The translations under genes and the position numbers were made by a program. Shown here piece by piece: positions 1 through 10,009 of a stretch of 64,000 nt of DNA; position 1 is the stretch's first letter; every line of letters begins with the position of its first letter. Location: assembly GCA_963422735.1 (NCBI GenBank), contig OY730476.1, forward strand, positions 2,976,001-3,040,000. The letters are read 5' to 3'. The notes below the pieces were generated by a model that had not been told where the DNA came from, ran no database searches, and saw nothing but the letters and a program-made list of their open reading frames with translations. This DNA comes from Candidatus Latescibacterota bacterium. GTDB lineage: Bacteria; Latescibacterota; UBA2968; UBA8231.

Positions 1-1107
1 GTCGAGATCGCTGCCCGACAGGCCGCCGCCGATGATGTAGCCGCCTCGGCTAGTGGGGTAGATCAAACGCAGGTAGCGGGCGGCGACTAGGGGGACATCG
101 TGGCGAAAATTGCGCACATCGAAGAGATTGCGGGGGTTGAGGGGAATGGAGGCCAACGCCCGATAGGCCAGCGAGCCGTCGGGCGCCAGCGAACCATCGG
201 AGTACTGCATCTGATAGGAGAGGAAATTGGCGTAGGACTGCCGCAGCCGCGGCGGAATGCCCAGCGGCTCGCCCAAGAGCCAAACCGAGTCGATCCAATA
301 AGTCGCCCCTAGATCGATGCGGTAGTCGCCGAAGGTCTCGCTGCCGCCGCTGGAGCCTTTGGCGAGGGGGTTGACGCGCCACATGGTCGAGAGATCGCCG
401 TCGAACATAACGGAAGGAATGCCGGCCACAGCGACGATGGCGGCCTCGACATCGATGGTGCCGCCTTTGGCAATCAGATCAAAGGCGATATTGTCGCCGA
501 AGGCCCTGATTTGGATTTCGGCGAGTGCAGGAGCACCGGTCATTTCGCGGGTGGCCTCGATGCGGAGAACTTGAACGAGCTCGTCGTCGAGGTCGATCGT
601 CACGTCGAGCATCTCGTTGAAGGCAAAGCGCCTGCTGTGGCTGTAGACTAGGGTGCCTTCGACGACGACGTTGGCGCTGTTGATAAAGCGCTCGCCCTTG
701 GAGAGCGAGAGATTAAAAAAGGGCAGGGGCGGCGCGCTGTCGGCAAAGCGCAGGCGAATCTGTTGGATGGGGAACACCTGACCCAAGTCGATCTCGAGCC
801 ACCAATCCTTTAGAGCCGTTCCTGACGGTGGACTCCAGCTAGAGGCGGGGTCGCCGTCAAATGCGCGGGCAGCAGTAGATTGTGCTGCTCCGGCCCCGCG
901 GACAGTAGCCTCAGAGAGCGGGTCAATGTCTTTGCCGATCTGCACCGGCCGCAACGAGCCTGCTTCGTCTAGGCGCAGGACGCCGGGGGGATACACCCAG
1001 TTTTCCCATATGTCCGCCGAAGTCATAACTAGACGCTCGGCACGAGTGGAGCTGCTGAATGGCACGAGCAGGCACAATGCTAAGGGCAAGAGGCGGAATG
1101 GCGACAC
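1..1107 (-). CDS. Secreted discoidin/F5-8-type domain protein, runs off the left edge (partial)
   Basis: Not in ORF track. Manual translation from GTG at 1107 is open to position 1: signal-peptide-like MSPFRLLPLALCLLVPFSSSTRA, then two discoidin-like motif sets (AFDGDPASSW...WWLEIDLGQVFPIQQIRL; MFDGDLSTMW...YRIDLGATYWIDSVWL). Confidence 0.7.
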   Translation of the reverse strand, partial: MSPFRLLPLALCLLVPFSSSTRAERLVMTSADIWENWVYPPGVLRLDEAGSLRPVQIGKDIDPLSEATVRGAGAAQSTAARAFDGDPASSWSPPSGTALKDWWLEIDLGQVFPIQQIRLRFADSAPPLPFFNLSLSKGERFINSANVVVEGTLVYSHSRRFAFNEMLDVTIDLDDELVQVLRIEATREMTGAPALAEIQIRAFGDNIAFDLIAKGGTIDVEAAIVAVAGIPSVMFDGDLSTMWRVNPLAKGSSGGSETFGDYRIDLGATYWIDSVWLLGEPLGIPPRLRQSYANFLSYQMQYSDGSLAPDGSLAYRALASIPLNPRNLFDVRNFRHDVPLVAARYLRLIYPTSRGGYIIGGGLSGSDLD

Positions 1108-1215
1108 GGGCGATATGTTGTTTTTTTAAGGGAAAAGCGCGGCTTAAGCCTCAGATACAAAATATATTGAATCTAGGGTTGACTCATCCTACAAGCGAAA
1201 ACGGACCGGCACGAG

Positions 1216-1965
1216 ATGCTCAAGCGCAACAACATTACCTTAATCGTCGTTCCGGAAAAGGGTCGCAAAACCTTTGAGTTTAAGATCTCCGGCGCACTCG
1301 TTTGGTTGCTGGGGTTGTGCTGCGTCGCCTTGCCCGTATTCCTGTCCGTGGGGCTTAGCTCCTATCTCGACAGGCGTGGGCTAGCGCAGAAGGCAGCACG
1401 GCTCGAGCAGGACAACGCCCTGCTCGAGGAGCAAGTAGCCCAGATAGATCGGCTCGAAGAAATGCTGGTCCGGCTCAAGCGCGGCAACGACCGATTGCGC
1501 GCCATCTTAGGCAAGCCCGAGGCATTAGACAAGGAGGCGAAGCGAAGCGAAGATTCCCCTTATATCTCGTCCATGCAGCGGCTGCGTTGGGGGCACGTGG
1601 AGACCGTCCCCACCTTGTGGCCGTTGCGCGGGCCAGTGCTTAGGCCCTTTAGCGAGGAGTACCCCTCGGTTGTTATTGCTGCCGCCGCGGGCAGTTTGGT
1701 AAGGGCCAGTGCCGCGGGCCAAGTGAGACAAGCGAGCTACGACGAGAATCTCGGTTACGTAGTAATTCTCGACCACGGCAATGGTCTGCTGACCCAATAC
1801 GGGTATAACGCTCGCCTGCTCGTTGATGTGGGGGACTACGTGCTCAAGGGGCAGTCCATCGCGCTCTTGGACGAGGGACGTGTCGCTCGGAGGCCGGGAT
1901 TGCACTACGCCGTTCAAGAGGATGGGCAGTTCCGCGACCCCTTGCTCTACAGGCTGTGGATGTGA
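1216..1965 (+). CDS. M23 family peptidase-like protein (N-terminal TM, coiled coil, M23 domain)
   Basis: TM segment, coiled coil, then WPLRG...VRASAAGQV...GYVVILDHGNGLLTQYG...GDYVLKGQSIA...PGLHY; zinc ligands look degenerate. Confidence 0.8.
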   Translation: MLKRNNITLIVVPEKGRKTFEFKISGALVWLLGLCCVALPVFLSVGLSSYLDRRGLAQKAARLEQDNALLEEQVAQIDRLEEMLVRLKRGNDRLRAILGKPEALDKEAKRSEDSPYISSMQRLRWGHVETVPTLWPLRGPVLRPFSEEYPSVVIAAAAGSLVRASAAGQVRQASYDENLGYVVILDHGNGLLTQYGYNARLLVDVGDYVLKGQSIALLDEGRVARRPGLHYAVQEDGQFRDPLLYRLWM

Positions 1966-1980
1966 AAAAGGAAGAACGAA

Positions 1981-2015
1981 AAAAGGCTCGCTGCCAAAGA
2001 AGCAGCGAGCCTTTT
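1981..2015. terminator. Bidirectional intrinsic terminator
   Basis: AAAAGGCTCGCTGC-N7-GCAGCGAGCCTTTT between the convergent M23 gene and groEL. Confidence 0.85.
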
Positions 2016-2033
2016 CTATTTGCGACAGAAGGG

Positions 2034-3674
2034 CTACATGCCCATCCCGCCGCCGTACATGTCGCCGCCAGGAGGGCCGGCCGGGGCCGGAGCGGACTTT
2101 TCGGGCAGCTCGGCAATCAGTGCTTCGGTCGTCAGCAAGAGCGAAGCGATGCTGGTGCCGTTCTCAAGCGCAGTGCGCGAGACCTTGGCCGGATCAACGA
2201 CGCCTGCTTCGCGCAGATCTTCGTATTCCTCGGTGCGGGCGTTGAAGCCAAAAGCCGCCTCGCCATCGGCGACCTTGCGGACGATGATGGCTCCTTCGGC
2301 ACCGGCATTGGAGGCGATCATCCGCAGTGGCTCTTCGAGGGCGCGGAGAATGATGTTGACGCCCACGGCCTCGTCGCCTTCGGCTTCGATTTGGTCAAGT
2401 GCTGCTTGGGCCCGCAGAAAGACAACGCCCCCACCAGCGACAACGCCTTCTTCGACGGCGGCACGGGTTGCGTGCAGCGCGTCTTCGACGCGGGCTTTCT
2501 TTTCCTTCATTTCGGTCTCGGTCGGAGCGCCGACATTGATCACGGCGACGCCGCCAGCGAGTTTGGCCAGCCGCTCCTGCAACTTCTCGCTGTCGTAGTC
2601 CGAGGTCGTTTCCTCGATCTGGCGGCGGATTTGGGCGACGCGGCCTTGGATGTCCGCAGCCTGACCCGCGCCTTCGACAATCGTAGTGTTGTCCTTGTCG
2701 AGGACGACGCGCTTGGCTTGGCCCAAGTCGTCGAGGGTGACGCCTTCGAGCTTAAGTCCTGCTTCTTCGGAGATGACCCGGCCGCCGGTGAGGACGGCAA
2801 TGTCTTCGAGCATGGCCGTGCGGCGGTCACCGAAGCCTGGGGCCTTGACGGCGGCAACCTTGATGGTGCCGCGAATTTTGTTGACGACCAGCGTCGCTAG
2901 GGCTTCGCCCTCGACATCCTCGGCGATAATCAGCAAGGGCTTGCTGAGCTGGGCGGTCTTTTCGAGGACCGGGACCAAATCGCGCATTGAGGAGACTTTC
3001 TTGTCATGAATTAGGATATAGCTGTCTTCGAGCTCGGCGGTCATCCCCTCTTGGTCGGTGACGAAGTAGGGAGAAAGGTACCCGCGGTCGAACTGCATGC
3101 CCTCGACCACATCGAGATTGGTGTCGGTACCTTTGGCCTCTTCTACAGTGATGACGCCGTCCTTGCCGACCTTTTCCATGGCGTCGGCGATCAGCTCGCC
3201 GATGGCCGAGTCGTTGTTGGCCGAGATGGTGCCGACTTGGGCGATTTCCTCGCGCGACTTGACTTCCTCGCTGGACTTGCGAATCTCGTCCACGACGATT
3301 GCGACGGCTTTGTCGATGCCGCGCTTGATGTCCATGGGGTTGGCACCGGCGGTTACGTTTTTGAGGCCCTCGCGGAAGATGATCTGGGCAAAGACCGTGG
3401 CGGTAGTGGTGCCGTCGCCGGCAACATCGCTGGTCTTGGAAGCGACTTCCTTGACCATCTGCGCGCCCATGTTTTCATAGGCGTCTTTGAGCTCGATTTC
3501 CTTAGCTACGGTGACGCCGTCTTTAGTGACGGTCGGCGACCCAAACTTCTTGTCCAGCAAGACATTTCGGCCCCTCGGCCCCAGTGTTACCTTGACGGCA
3601 TCGGCCAACTGATCGACGCCTCGTTGGAGCGCGTCGCGCGCCGCCATATCAAATTCTAGCTGCTTGGCAGCCAT
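2034..3674 (-). CDS. groEL: Chaperonin GroEL
   Basis: 546 aa; [41 protein letters not shown]-terminal GGM tail. Confidence 0.99.
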   Translation of the reverse strand: MAAKQLEFDMAARDALQRGVDQLADAVKVTLGPRGRNVLLDKKFGSPTVTKDGVTVAKEIELKDAYENMGAQMVKEVASKTSDVAGDGTTTATVFAQIIFREGLKNVTAGANPMDIKRGIDKAVAIVVDEIRKSSEEVKSREEIAQVGTISANNDSAIGELIADAMEKVGKDGVITVEEAKGTDTNLDVVEGMQFDRGYLSPYFVTDQEGMTAELEDSYILIHDKKVSSMRDLVPVLEKTAQLSKPLLIIAEDVEGEALATLVVNKIRGTIKVAAVKAPGFGDRRTAMLEDIAVLTGGRVISEEAGLKLEGVTLDDLGQAKRVVLDKDNTTIVEGAGQAADIQGRVAQIRRQIEETTSDYDSEKLQERLAKLAGGVAVINVGAPTETEMKEKKARVEDALHATRAAVEEGVVAGGGVVFLRAQAALDQIEAEGDEAVGVNIILRALEEPLRMIASNAGAEGAIIVRKVADGEAAFGFNARTEEYEDLREAGVVDPAKVSRTALENGTSIASLLLTTEALIAELPEKSAPAPAGPPGGDMYGGGMGM

Positions 3675-3732
3675 AATATATACCTCCTGATGTTGGGGGT
3701 GAATGGATAAAAAAGTTTATTTTCACAAAAGT

Positions 3733-3759
3733 TTGGCACTCAAAAAAATAGAGTGCCAA
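3733..3759. promoter_or_regulatory. CIRCE element (HrcA operator)
   Basis: TTGGCACTC-N9-GAGTGCCAA, a symmetric variant of TTAGCACTC-N9-GAGTGCTAA, about 60 bp upstream of groEL. Confidence 0.92.
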
Positions 3760-3779
3760 AAAACGAAACTGAATTGTTG

Positions 3780-3808
3780 AATATAGAAATTGTACCGTTT
3801 TTGTGCAA
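3780..3808 (-). promoter_or_regulatory. Putative sigma70-type promoter of groEL
   Basis: Minus strand TTGCAC-N17-TATATT directly upstream of the CIRCE box. Confidence 0.65.
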
Positions 3809-3962
3809 GAACAACCTCTGCTTGGCTCGCGCATGAATGAAACGTGCGTTTGTCAGAACGCACGGGTGAGGTTTGGCAGGGTGGGGGTGGCCTATTGAGA
3901 GCGGAAGTAATCCGTATCGTCGTCCGATAGATGCCCGGTAGCCGAAACGGGTGTCGCCATGG

Positions 3963-4330
3963 TCATTGAGGAACTACGACTACCTCGCTAGCTAAAGAGC
4001 AATTGCTCTGGATATCGCCTTCGCCGCTGACGGGCTGTACACAGGCACCGTAGTAGTAGGTCCCCGAACTCGACGGTGCTGTCAGCCGGATCAATTTGAA
4101 AGTAGTGCTTGGGGGCCAATCCGCCCACCGTGCCCACCTCGGTGTCGTCGTTGATGGTCGTCGAGTCGGTAGAGAGATAGTAGCGCACCGTCGTCGGTGG
4201 TGCCGGTGCGTTACCCCGGTTGTGGTTCGCGACCGACAAGGTGAAGGATTGACCTAGGGCCGGGTTGGGCGGGTTCACCGAAGGCGACGCGACTACTAGC
4301 TCTGGGGCGTCTGGGACGACGATGTCTAAG
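3963..4330 (-). pseudogene. CARDB/Ig-like domain gene remnant
   Basis: PELVVASPSV...GQSFTLSV..NRGN....TTVRYYLSTDST, continuing after a frameshift as TAPSSSGTYYYGACV...; no proper 5' end. Confidence 0.6.
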
Positions 4331-4522
4331 GCCAAGCCTACCGGTCCGGTCCGCTCAATCCGGTAACGAGGCCCTACGGCTGCCGGTTGCCTGGAGGCCA
4401 GCCAGCCCTCAACCAAGTTCACAACTTGTCGGCTCCATGCGCTCATAGTCTCTAGCTTCTTGTTGTCCACATCCAAAGGAGTACAGCAGGAGTAGTGCAG
4501 ATGGTGTATGGTGTATTGAATA

Positions 4523-4990
4523 CTAATCGAGCAAGCTCTGAAGCTCGGATGGCAAGCCTTGGCGCAATGAGTCGGGAAAGCTGTCGCGGTACTTGTTCGG
4601 CGCACTAGTTCTATTAGGCGAGCCGCTGAGGGGTGATAAAATGAGGTGAAATATACGGCGGGGCCGATCCGTTCGGTTGGGAGAACTGGCGTGATAACAC
4701 AGGGGATTGAAGACGATCAGATCGCCATCGTTGGCGCAAATTTCGCGGCCGTCGTCGTCATTTGCTTCGGGTACTAAGGCGGTGTGATTCTGGATAGGGG
4801 CCCGTCCTCTTTTTCGCTCTGCTTTATCGCTGGCTTCGCGAGACAACTTGTGCGAGCCAGGCACGATCATAAACGCGGCTCCTCCGGCAGAAACCGTACT
4901 ACAGTAATGCAGCATCTGGCAATAGACCTGTCGCGGCCTAGCTTCAAACTCTTCATAGAGGTCAATGTTATGACTTCGTTGAAGCTACCC
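4523..4990 (-). pseudogene. Phytanoyl-CoA dioxygenase (PhyH) family remnant
   Basis: FMIVPGSHK...GDLIVFNPLCYHASSPNRTDRPR motifs; N-terminal half disrupted or missing, with frameshifts. Confidence 0.65.
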
Positions 4991-5285
4991 TCAAATTCAT
5001 CAATGGCGTCGGCCTTTTTGGGATCTCTCGCGGAAGGAAGGTGGGGTAAAATCACGATACACCGACAGTCGTCGAACGAGGACGTAATACAAAGCTATAC
5101 AGCTTGGATATCGAGCGAGATGTTGGCCGACAGCAGGCACTTAAGGGGTGTAACGGTAATGGCGATGCTCTCCGCGTTCTCAATGCCTCAAGTCGGGATT
5201 TTCTGGATCTGTGATGACTATGAGGTCCTTGAATAGGTCCGTACCCTATGTGGATCAGAGCTATCCCGACCCTATTGCGCCACCC

Positions 5286-5963
5286 ATGAATGAAACGCGG
5301 GTTTGCCGAACTGGGCGGATTGATTTCGCTCGGGCTTGGGCCTGGCAAGAGTCGCTGCGCCAATTGCGGCGAGCCGAGCGAATTCCGGACACGCTAATGT
5401 TGGTTGAACACCCGCCGACCTATACCGGCGGACGGGCGACGCTGCCCGAGCATCTCCTAACCAAAGAGCTAGATGTGGTCGCAATCGATCGCGGGGGCAG
5501 CGTGACGTTTCACGGGCCGGGCCAGATCGTGGCCTATCCGATTGTCGATCTGCGCCAGCGCGGTCGGGATGTACATCAGTACTTGCGCGATTTGGAGGCC
5601 GTGCTGATCCGCACGTTGGGCGCCTATGGCTTGGAGGGAGAGGCTCGGCGCGGCTTGACGGGCGCTTGGGTCGGCTCGTCCAAGGTGGCGTCAATAGGCG
5701 TCAACGTGCGACACTGGATCACGGCGCACGGTCTGGCCCTAAATGTGGCTACTGACTTGCGCTATTTTGCGGCGATCAAGCCCTGTGGCTTGGGTAGCGA
5801 GGAGATGACTACGATGACCGCGCTCTTGGGGCGCGCGTTGGATCGGAGCGAAGTCGAGTCTGAACTCCTACGCGCCTATGCCGATGTATTCGCCTGCGAG
5901 TTAGTTGAGGTCGAGCGCAGTGCCTTGGCGGCTTGCATTGGCCGCCTCGAGCGAAATCCTTAG
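5286..5963 (+). CDS. lipB: Lipoyl(octanoyl) transferase LipB
   Basis: EHPPTYTGG, DRGGSVTFHGPGQIVAYPI, KVASIG, HGLALN, IKPCGL; start placed at ATG 5286. Confidence 0.95.
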   Translation: MNETRVCRTGRIDFARAWAWQESLRQLRRAERIPDTLMLVEHPPTYTGGRATLPEHLLTKELDVVAIDRGGSVTFHGPGQIVAYPIVDLRQRGRDVHQYLRDLEAVLIRTLGAYGLEGEARRGLTGAWVGSSKVASIGVNVRHWITAHGLALNVATDLRYFAAIKPCGLGSEEMTTMTALLGRALDRSEVESELLRAYADVFACELVEVERSALAACIGRLERNP

Positions 5964-6116
5964 ATTCAAAAGCCGCAACAGGCAGGCCCCGAGCGCAGCC
6001 ACAGCGGTCGAACTGGGCCGATTATTCCTACGGCCTGTCGCGCTTGCTTCCCCCGTTGGCACCGCCTCAAGTCGGCGTATAGGTGCTCGCGCTCGGGGCG
6101 CACCCGGAATTTGTCA

Positions 6117-6137
6117 CGCCTAAAGGCGCGGTGAAGC
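6117..6137 (+). repeat. Dispersed REP-like repeat, copy 1 (CGCCTAAAGGCGCGGTGAAGC)
   Basis: Near-identical copies at 8694, 37446 (rc) and 41505 (rc); internal hairpin CGCC-TAAA-GGCG. Confidence 0.75.
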
Positions 6138-6182
6138 AGACCGCTTCTGAAAACAAACAGAAGACACGAGGAGTTTTATCCT

Positions 6183-7436
6183 ATGGCCGATTGGCAGCCC
6201 AAGGTCCCCGCAAACGGCGAGAAAATCGCCTTAGTGAATGGTGCGCTCTGCGTTCCCGACCAGCCCATCATCCCCTTTATCGAAGGCGACGGCACTGGGC
6301 CGGATATCTGGGCGGCGGCCGTGCGCGTTTTCGACGCAGCCGTCGAGAAGGCTTATGGCGGTCAGCGTAAGATCGCTTGGATGGAGGTTTTGGCCGGCGA
6401 GAAGGCCTTCGAGCAGACTGCTAGCTGGCTGCCCGACGCCACGGTGGAAACCTTCAGTTCCTATCTGGTCGGCATCAAGGGGCCGTTGACGACGCCGGTC
6501 GGCGGCGGGATCCGCAGCCTCAACGTGGCTTTGCGCCAGATACTCGACCTCTATGTGTGTCTGCGCCCCGTGCGCTACTTTAGCGGTGTACCCTCGCCGG
6601 TGCGGCAACCCGAGCTGGTGGATATGGTCATCTTCCGCGAGAACACCGAGGATATCTACGCCGGGATCGAATTCGAGCAAGGCACGGACGACAACGAGCA
6701 CTTTAAGGCTCTGCTTGCAGAGCACTTTGCCGACCGCTACGGCAAAATCCGTTTTCCGGATACCGCTGGCTTGGGCGTCAAGCCGATCTCACAAGAGGGC
6801 ACTGAGCGGCTGGTCCGCGCTGCCATCGACTACGCCGCGGCCCAAGGCCGCGATAGCGTGACCTTGGTACACAAAGGCAACATCATGAAATTCACCGAAG
6901 GAGCTTTCCGCGACTGGGGCTACGAGGTGGCGCAAAAGGCTTATGGCGGTGAAGAAATCGACGGTGGCCCTTGGACTAGCATCGTCGTTGACGATATCCA
7001 GATCACCGTCAAGGACGCGATCGCCGACGCCTTTTTGCAGCAGATCCTCACGCGCCCGGCCGAGTACTCGGTCATCGCCACGATGAATCTCAACGGCGAT
7101 TACATCAGCGACGCGCTGGCCGCTTGCGTCGGCGGCATCGGCATCGCTCCAGGCGGCAATATCAACTACACCACTGGCCATGCCATTTTTGAGGCCACCC
7201 ACGGCACCGCTCCCAAATACGCCGGCCAAGACAAGGTCAACCCCGGTTCGGTGATCCTGTCGGGAGACATGATGCTCCGCCACTTGGGCTGGAACGAGGC
7301 GGCCGACCTGATCCTCAAGGGGCTAGAGCAGACGATTGCGATCCGGGTCGTCACCTACGATTTTGCGCGGCTAATGGACGAGCCGACCGAGGTCAAATGC
7401 TCGGAGTTCGGCACAGCAATTATCGAGAACATGTAG
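6183..7436 (+). CDS. icd: Isocitrate dehydrogenase (NADP+), dimeric type
   Basis: [69 protein letters not shown]. Confidence 0.98.
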   Translation: MADWQPKVPANGEKIALVNGALCVPDQPIIPFIEGDGTGPDIWAAAVRVFDAAVEKAYGGQRKIAWMEVLAGEKAFEQTASWLPDATVETFSSYLVGIKGPLTTPVGGGIRSLNVALRQILDLYVCLRPVRYFSGVPSPVRQPELVDMVIFRENTEDIYAGIEFEQGTDDNEHFKALLAEHFADRYGKIRFPDTAGLGVKPISQEGTERLVRAAIDYAAAQGRDSVTLVHKGNIMKFTEGAFRDWGYEVAQKAYGGEEIDGGPWTSIVVDDIQITVKDAIADAFLQQILTRPAEYSVIATMNLNGDYISDALAACVGGIGIAPGGNINYTTGHAIFEATHGTAPKYAGQDKVNPGSVILSGDMMLRHLGWNEAADLILKGLEQTIAIRVVTYDFARLMDEPTEVKCSEFGTAIIENM

Positions 7437-7915
7437 TGGCCGACGAGCTGACTCACCTCGACGAGAGGGGCCACCTCAAGATGGTCGATATAGGCGGCAA
7501 GGAGCCGACGGCGCGGCTGGCGCGGGTGCGTGGCGAGATCCGCATGGACCGCGCGACGGCGCAGCTAATCGCTGAGAATAAAGTCGCCAAGGGCAATGTC
7601 CTAGAAGCGGCGCGACTGGCCGGGATCATGGCCGCCAAGCGCACGGGAGAGCTAATCCCTTTGTGCCATCCGCTCAACCTCACTGCGGTCAGCGTGGATT
7701 TGCACATCGGCGAGGATCGAGTCGAAGTCGAGGCGGAGGCTGGGATTGACGATCGCACTGGCGTGGAGATGGAGGCGCTGGTGGCAGCGAGCACGGCCCT
7801 TCTGACCATTTACGACATGTGCAAGGGCGTTGATCGAGAGATGGTGATTTCCGAGTTGCGGCTAATAGAGAAGCGGGGCGGGAGGAGCGGAAAGTGGGTG
7901 CGGAAAGATGGGTAG
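7436..7915 (+). CDS. moaC: Cyclic pyranopterin monophosphate synthase MoaC
   Basis: LTHLDERGHLKMVD, KGNVLEAARLAGIMAAKRT, LIPLCHP, TGVEMEAL, TIYDMCK; GTG start overlaps the icd stop. Confidence 0.96.
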   Translation: MADELTHLDERGHLKMVDIGGKEPTARLARVRGEIRMDRATAQLIAENKVAKGNVLEAARLAGIMAAKRTGELIPLCHPLNLTAVSVDLHIGEDRVEVEAEAGIDDRTGVEMEALVAASTALLTIYDMCKGVDREMVISELRLIEKRGGRSGKWVRKDG

Positions 7916-8042
7916 GTTGAGCGGAAGTCGCGGAGAAATTTACTTGGCTTATACCTTTCTGCATCAGGCCACCCAGCTAAAAATCCAACCGAACTTTTAG
8001 GCAGCGCAACGTCGCCGCACAGGTGCGTTTGACAGCGCCGTC

Positions 8043-8325
8043 TTAAGCCACGTGGACCGGAAAGATCTCCTCTTCGGCACTCCGGCCCGCCACGATCTTG
8101 ACCCGGCACAGGTAGATCCGTCGCGGCCATCCCAAGAGAAATTCCACTGACCGGCCTGCCCTAAGTCGCTTCCAGCGCGCCCTCGCAACGCCCCCGCCAA
8201 ATCGTAGAAGGCGATGTCTCAGCTGCTGCTCTGCCAATACCCGCAAAAGCACGAAACTGCCTTGGAGCAGGTCGTTGATCCCGTCGCCGTTCGGAGTAAA
8301 AACGCGGGTTACCTGCACATCGTTT
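8043..8325 (-). pseudogene. Remnant of a FlgD-Ig-like C-terminal domain
   Basis: VFTPNGDGINDLL..., then in another frame WNFSWDGRDG and IYLCRVKIV; frameshifted, no N-terminus. Confidence 0.6.
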
Positions 8326-8478
8326 ATCGGAATTTCCTAGTGTACGGTTGGGAATTCAGATTTCATTTATGCGGTTTCACTCGGCCTGCCCGTAGACCTC
8401 GTCCGGGCTAACGCGGTCCCCCGCGTCGATGTTCCGTGGCCAGTCGCCGGGTACCCGCCTCCAAGGGGGCGGACGGGA

Positions 8479-8583
8479 CTAACCCCTAACCCCCCCTAAC
8501 CCCTAACCACTGACCACTGACCACTGACCACTGACCACTGACCACTGACCACTGACCACTGACCACTGACCACTGACCACTGA
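8479..8583. repeat. Heptamer tandem array: CCCCTAA-like units followed by (CCACTGA)x11
   Basis: 11 perfect CCACTGA copies at 8507-8583, preceded by CTAA-CCCCTAA-CCCCCCCTAA-CCCCTAA. Confidence 0.95.
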
Positions 8584-8693
8584 TTAAACAGTCCTTATTC
8601 TAGGAAAGTCCGTCGTTTATTAATCGGCGGCCGACCCAAGTAGTACTCTTTTTTCTGCACGAGGTCGGCCACCTCTAGGGCACCGGATTGTCG

Positions 8694-8714
8694 CCCCTAA
8701 AGGCGCGGTGAAGC
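8694..8714 (+). repeat. Dispersed REP-like repeat, copy 2
   Basis: CCCCTAAAGGCGCGGTGAAGC; upstream flank GGGCACCGGATTGTC also resembles that of copy 1. Confidence 0.75.
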
Positions 8715-8783
8715 CCCGGCCCCACCGCACTGACCACGTACTCGACGCCCAGTTGGCGCATTAGCTGCAAGTGTTCTTCGCCG

Positions 8784-9962
8784 CTATCGCGCATCTCCTC
8801 GCGCTTTATCCACGGTTAGTTTCACCTTCTCTGGCTTGATGATGCTTTTGACCGCCAACCCGGTCGCATGGCGCACGGACTGGGCGGATACCTCGAAGGT
8901 CCTCCGCCCCAACTTGACGAGATTGGCGTCAATGACGACCTGGAAATCCGCATGGCTCGCCAACAACAGGGCCCGCCGCGGGCCAGCCACCGCGATCTCC
9001 ACCTCTGGAGGTTTGACGTCCGTTAGCGCATATCCTTCGGGCATGTTCTCCACGGCTACGGGCACCTGGAGCACCGCTTCCTCGACCGTTGCGCCCGGCA
9101 CCAAGACCAGCCACGCACCCAAGGCCAAGGCAAAGGACAAAAGACCCTCTAGCAAACGCTGCCCCAACCAACGCCACTTGACCCGGCGCACACTCACCGG
9201 TGCCCCAGCGCGCTGCAAGTGATCTTGGATCCGGCCCAGCAAATCGCCCGGCTCGGGCTTGTCCAGAACATCGAGCTGTCCCCGCACTGCAATCCCGATG
9301 GTGCCGCGCTCCTCTGAGACTACCAGACACAGGGCATCGCTGCGTTCGGCTAGGCCCAACGCGGCAGCGTGTCGCGTACTGCCCCCCCTCATCCCTTCCC
9401 TATTCTCGGAAAGCGGCAAATGCACCCCAAAGTAGGCAATCTTATTATTGTGCATCACCAGTGCCCCGTCGTGCCCAGCCGAACCGGGGTCGAAAAGGCT
9501 GTCGAGGAGTTCTTCGCTGATCTCCGCGTCCAAAAAGACGCCCCCCTGCAAATGCCGCTCTATCGGCTCGCGCCCCGGCAGAACCACCAAGGCCCCGCGT
9601 CTCTTCGCAGCCAACTGACACAACGCACTGCTCAGCGTCTCCAGGCTGGAGGGTTTCGGCCACGGAGCCTTGCGGCGCAGACCGAGCGCGGCGATCTGCT
9701 CAAAGAGCCGGCGCAAATCATCTTGGAAAACTATCACCACCACGAACGCTAACACCGCAACAAAGCCCTGGAAAATCCAAGCCGTTAGCTGCAACTCGAA
9801 TTGCTGCGCCACTAGGTAGAAGACGCCCAAAAAAGCCAAGCCAAGCAGGGCCATCCGCGTATGCACCCGGCGGGTCCAAGCCACTAGACCCCAAAGCAGC
9901 AAACCTACGACTGCAATGTCCACCAGATCAGTGGGTGCGATGTTCAACAGGGGCGTGTGCAA
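8784..9962 (-). CDS. cdaA: Diadenylate cyclase (CdaA/DisA_N) fused to a YbbR domain
   Basis: Three N-terminal TMs, IVFQDDLRR, RRGALVV, HDGALV, STRHAAALGLAERSDALCLVVSEERG, a further TM and a YbbR-like C-terminus. Start is uncertain (TTG 9962); the ORF-track extension overlaps the neighbour. Confidence 0.85.
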   Translation of the reverse strand: MHTPLLNIAPTDLVDIAVVGLLLWGLVAWTRRVHTRMALLGLAFLGVFYLVAQQFELQLTAWIFQGFVAVLAFVVVIVFQDDLRRLFEQIAALGLRRKAPWPKPSSLETLSSALCQLAAKRRGALVVLPGREPIERHLQGGVFLDAEISEELLDSLFDPGSAGHDGALVMHNNKIAYFGVHLPLSENREGMRGGSTRHAAALGLAERSDALCLVVSEERGTIGIAVRGQLDVLDKPEPGDLLGRIQDHLQRAGAPVSVRRVKWRWLGQRLLEGLLSFALALGAWLVLVPGATVEEAVLQVPVAVENMPEGYALTDVKPPEVEIAVAGPRRALLLASHADFQVVIDANLVKLGRRTFEVSAQSVRHATGLAVKSIIKPEKVKLTVDKARGDAR

Positions 9963-10009
9963 AAATAACCTGATCTCGACATCTCCCCGCCCTAAAGGAA
10001 GGGAATGGG

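Noticed and set aside
1956-3659. Long plus-strand ORFs opposite groEL (and similar shadows over icd, hrpA, hppA)
   Set aside because: Antisense shadow frames expected in GC-rich coding DNA; no recognisable motifs.
8479-8506. Eukaryotic telomere contamination
   Set aside because: Only about three irregular units, internal to bacterial sequence and continuous with the CCACTGA array.
8590-8780. c-di-AMP riboswitch near the cyclase gene
   Set aside because: The region is downstream of the gene and I see no ydaO consensus.
9984-10007. CCCCGCCCTAAAGGAAGGG as a fifth repeat copy or IS200/IS605 end
   Set aside because: It shares only CCTAAAGG, lacks the CGCGGTGAAGC tail, and no tnpA/tnpB is nearby.
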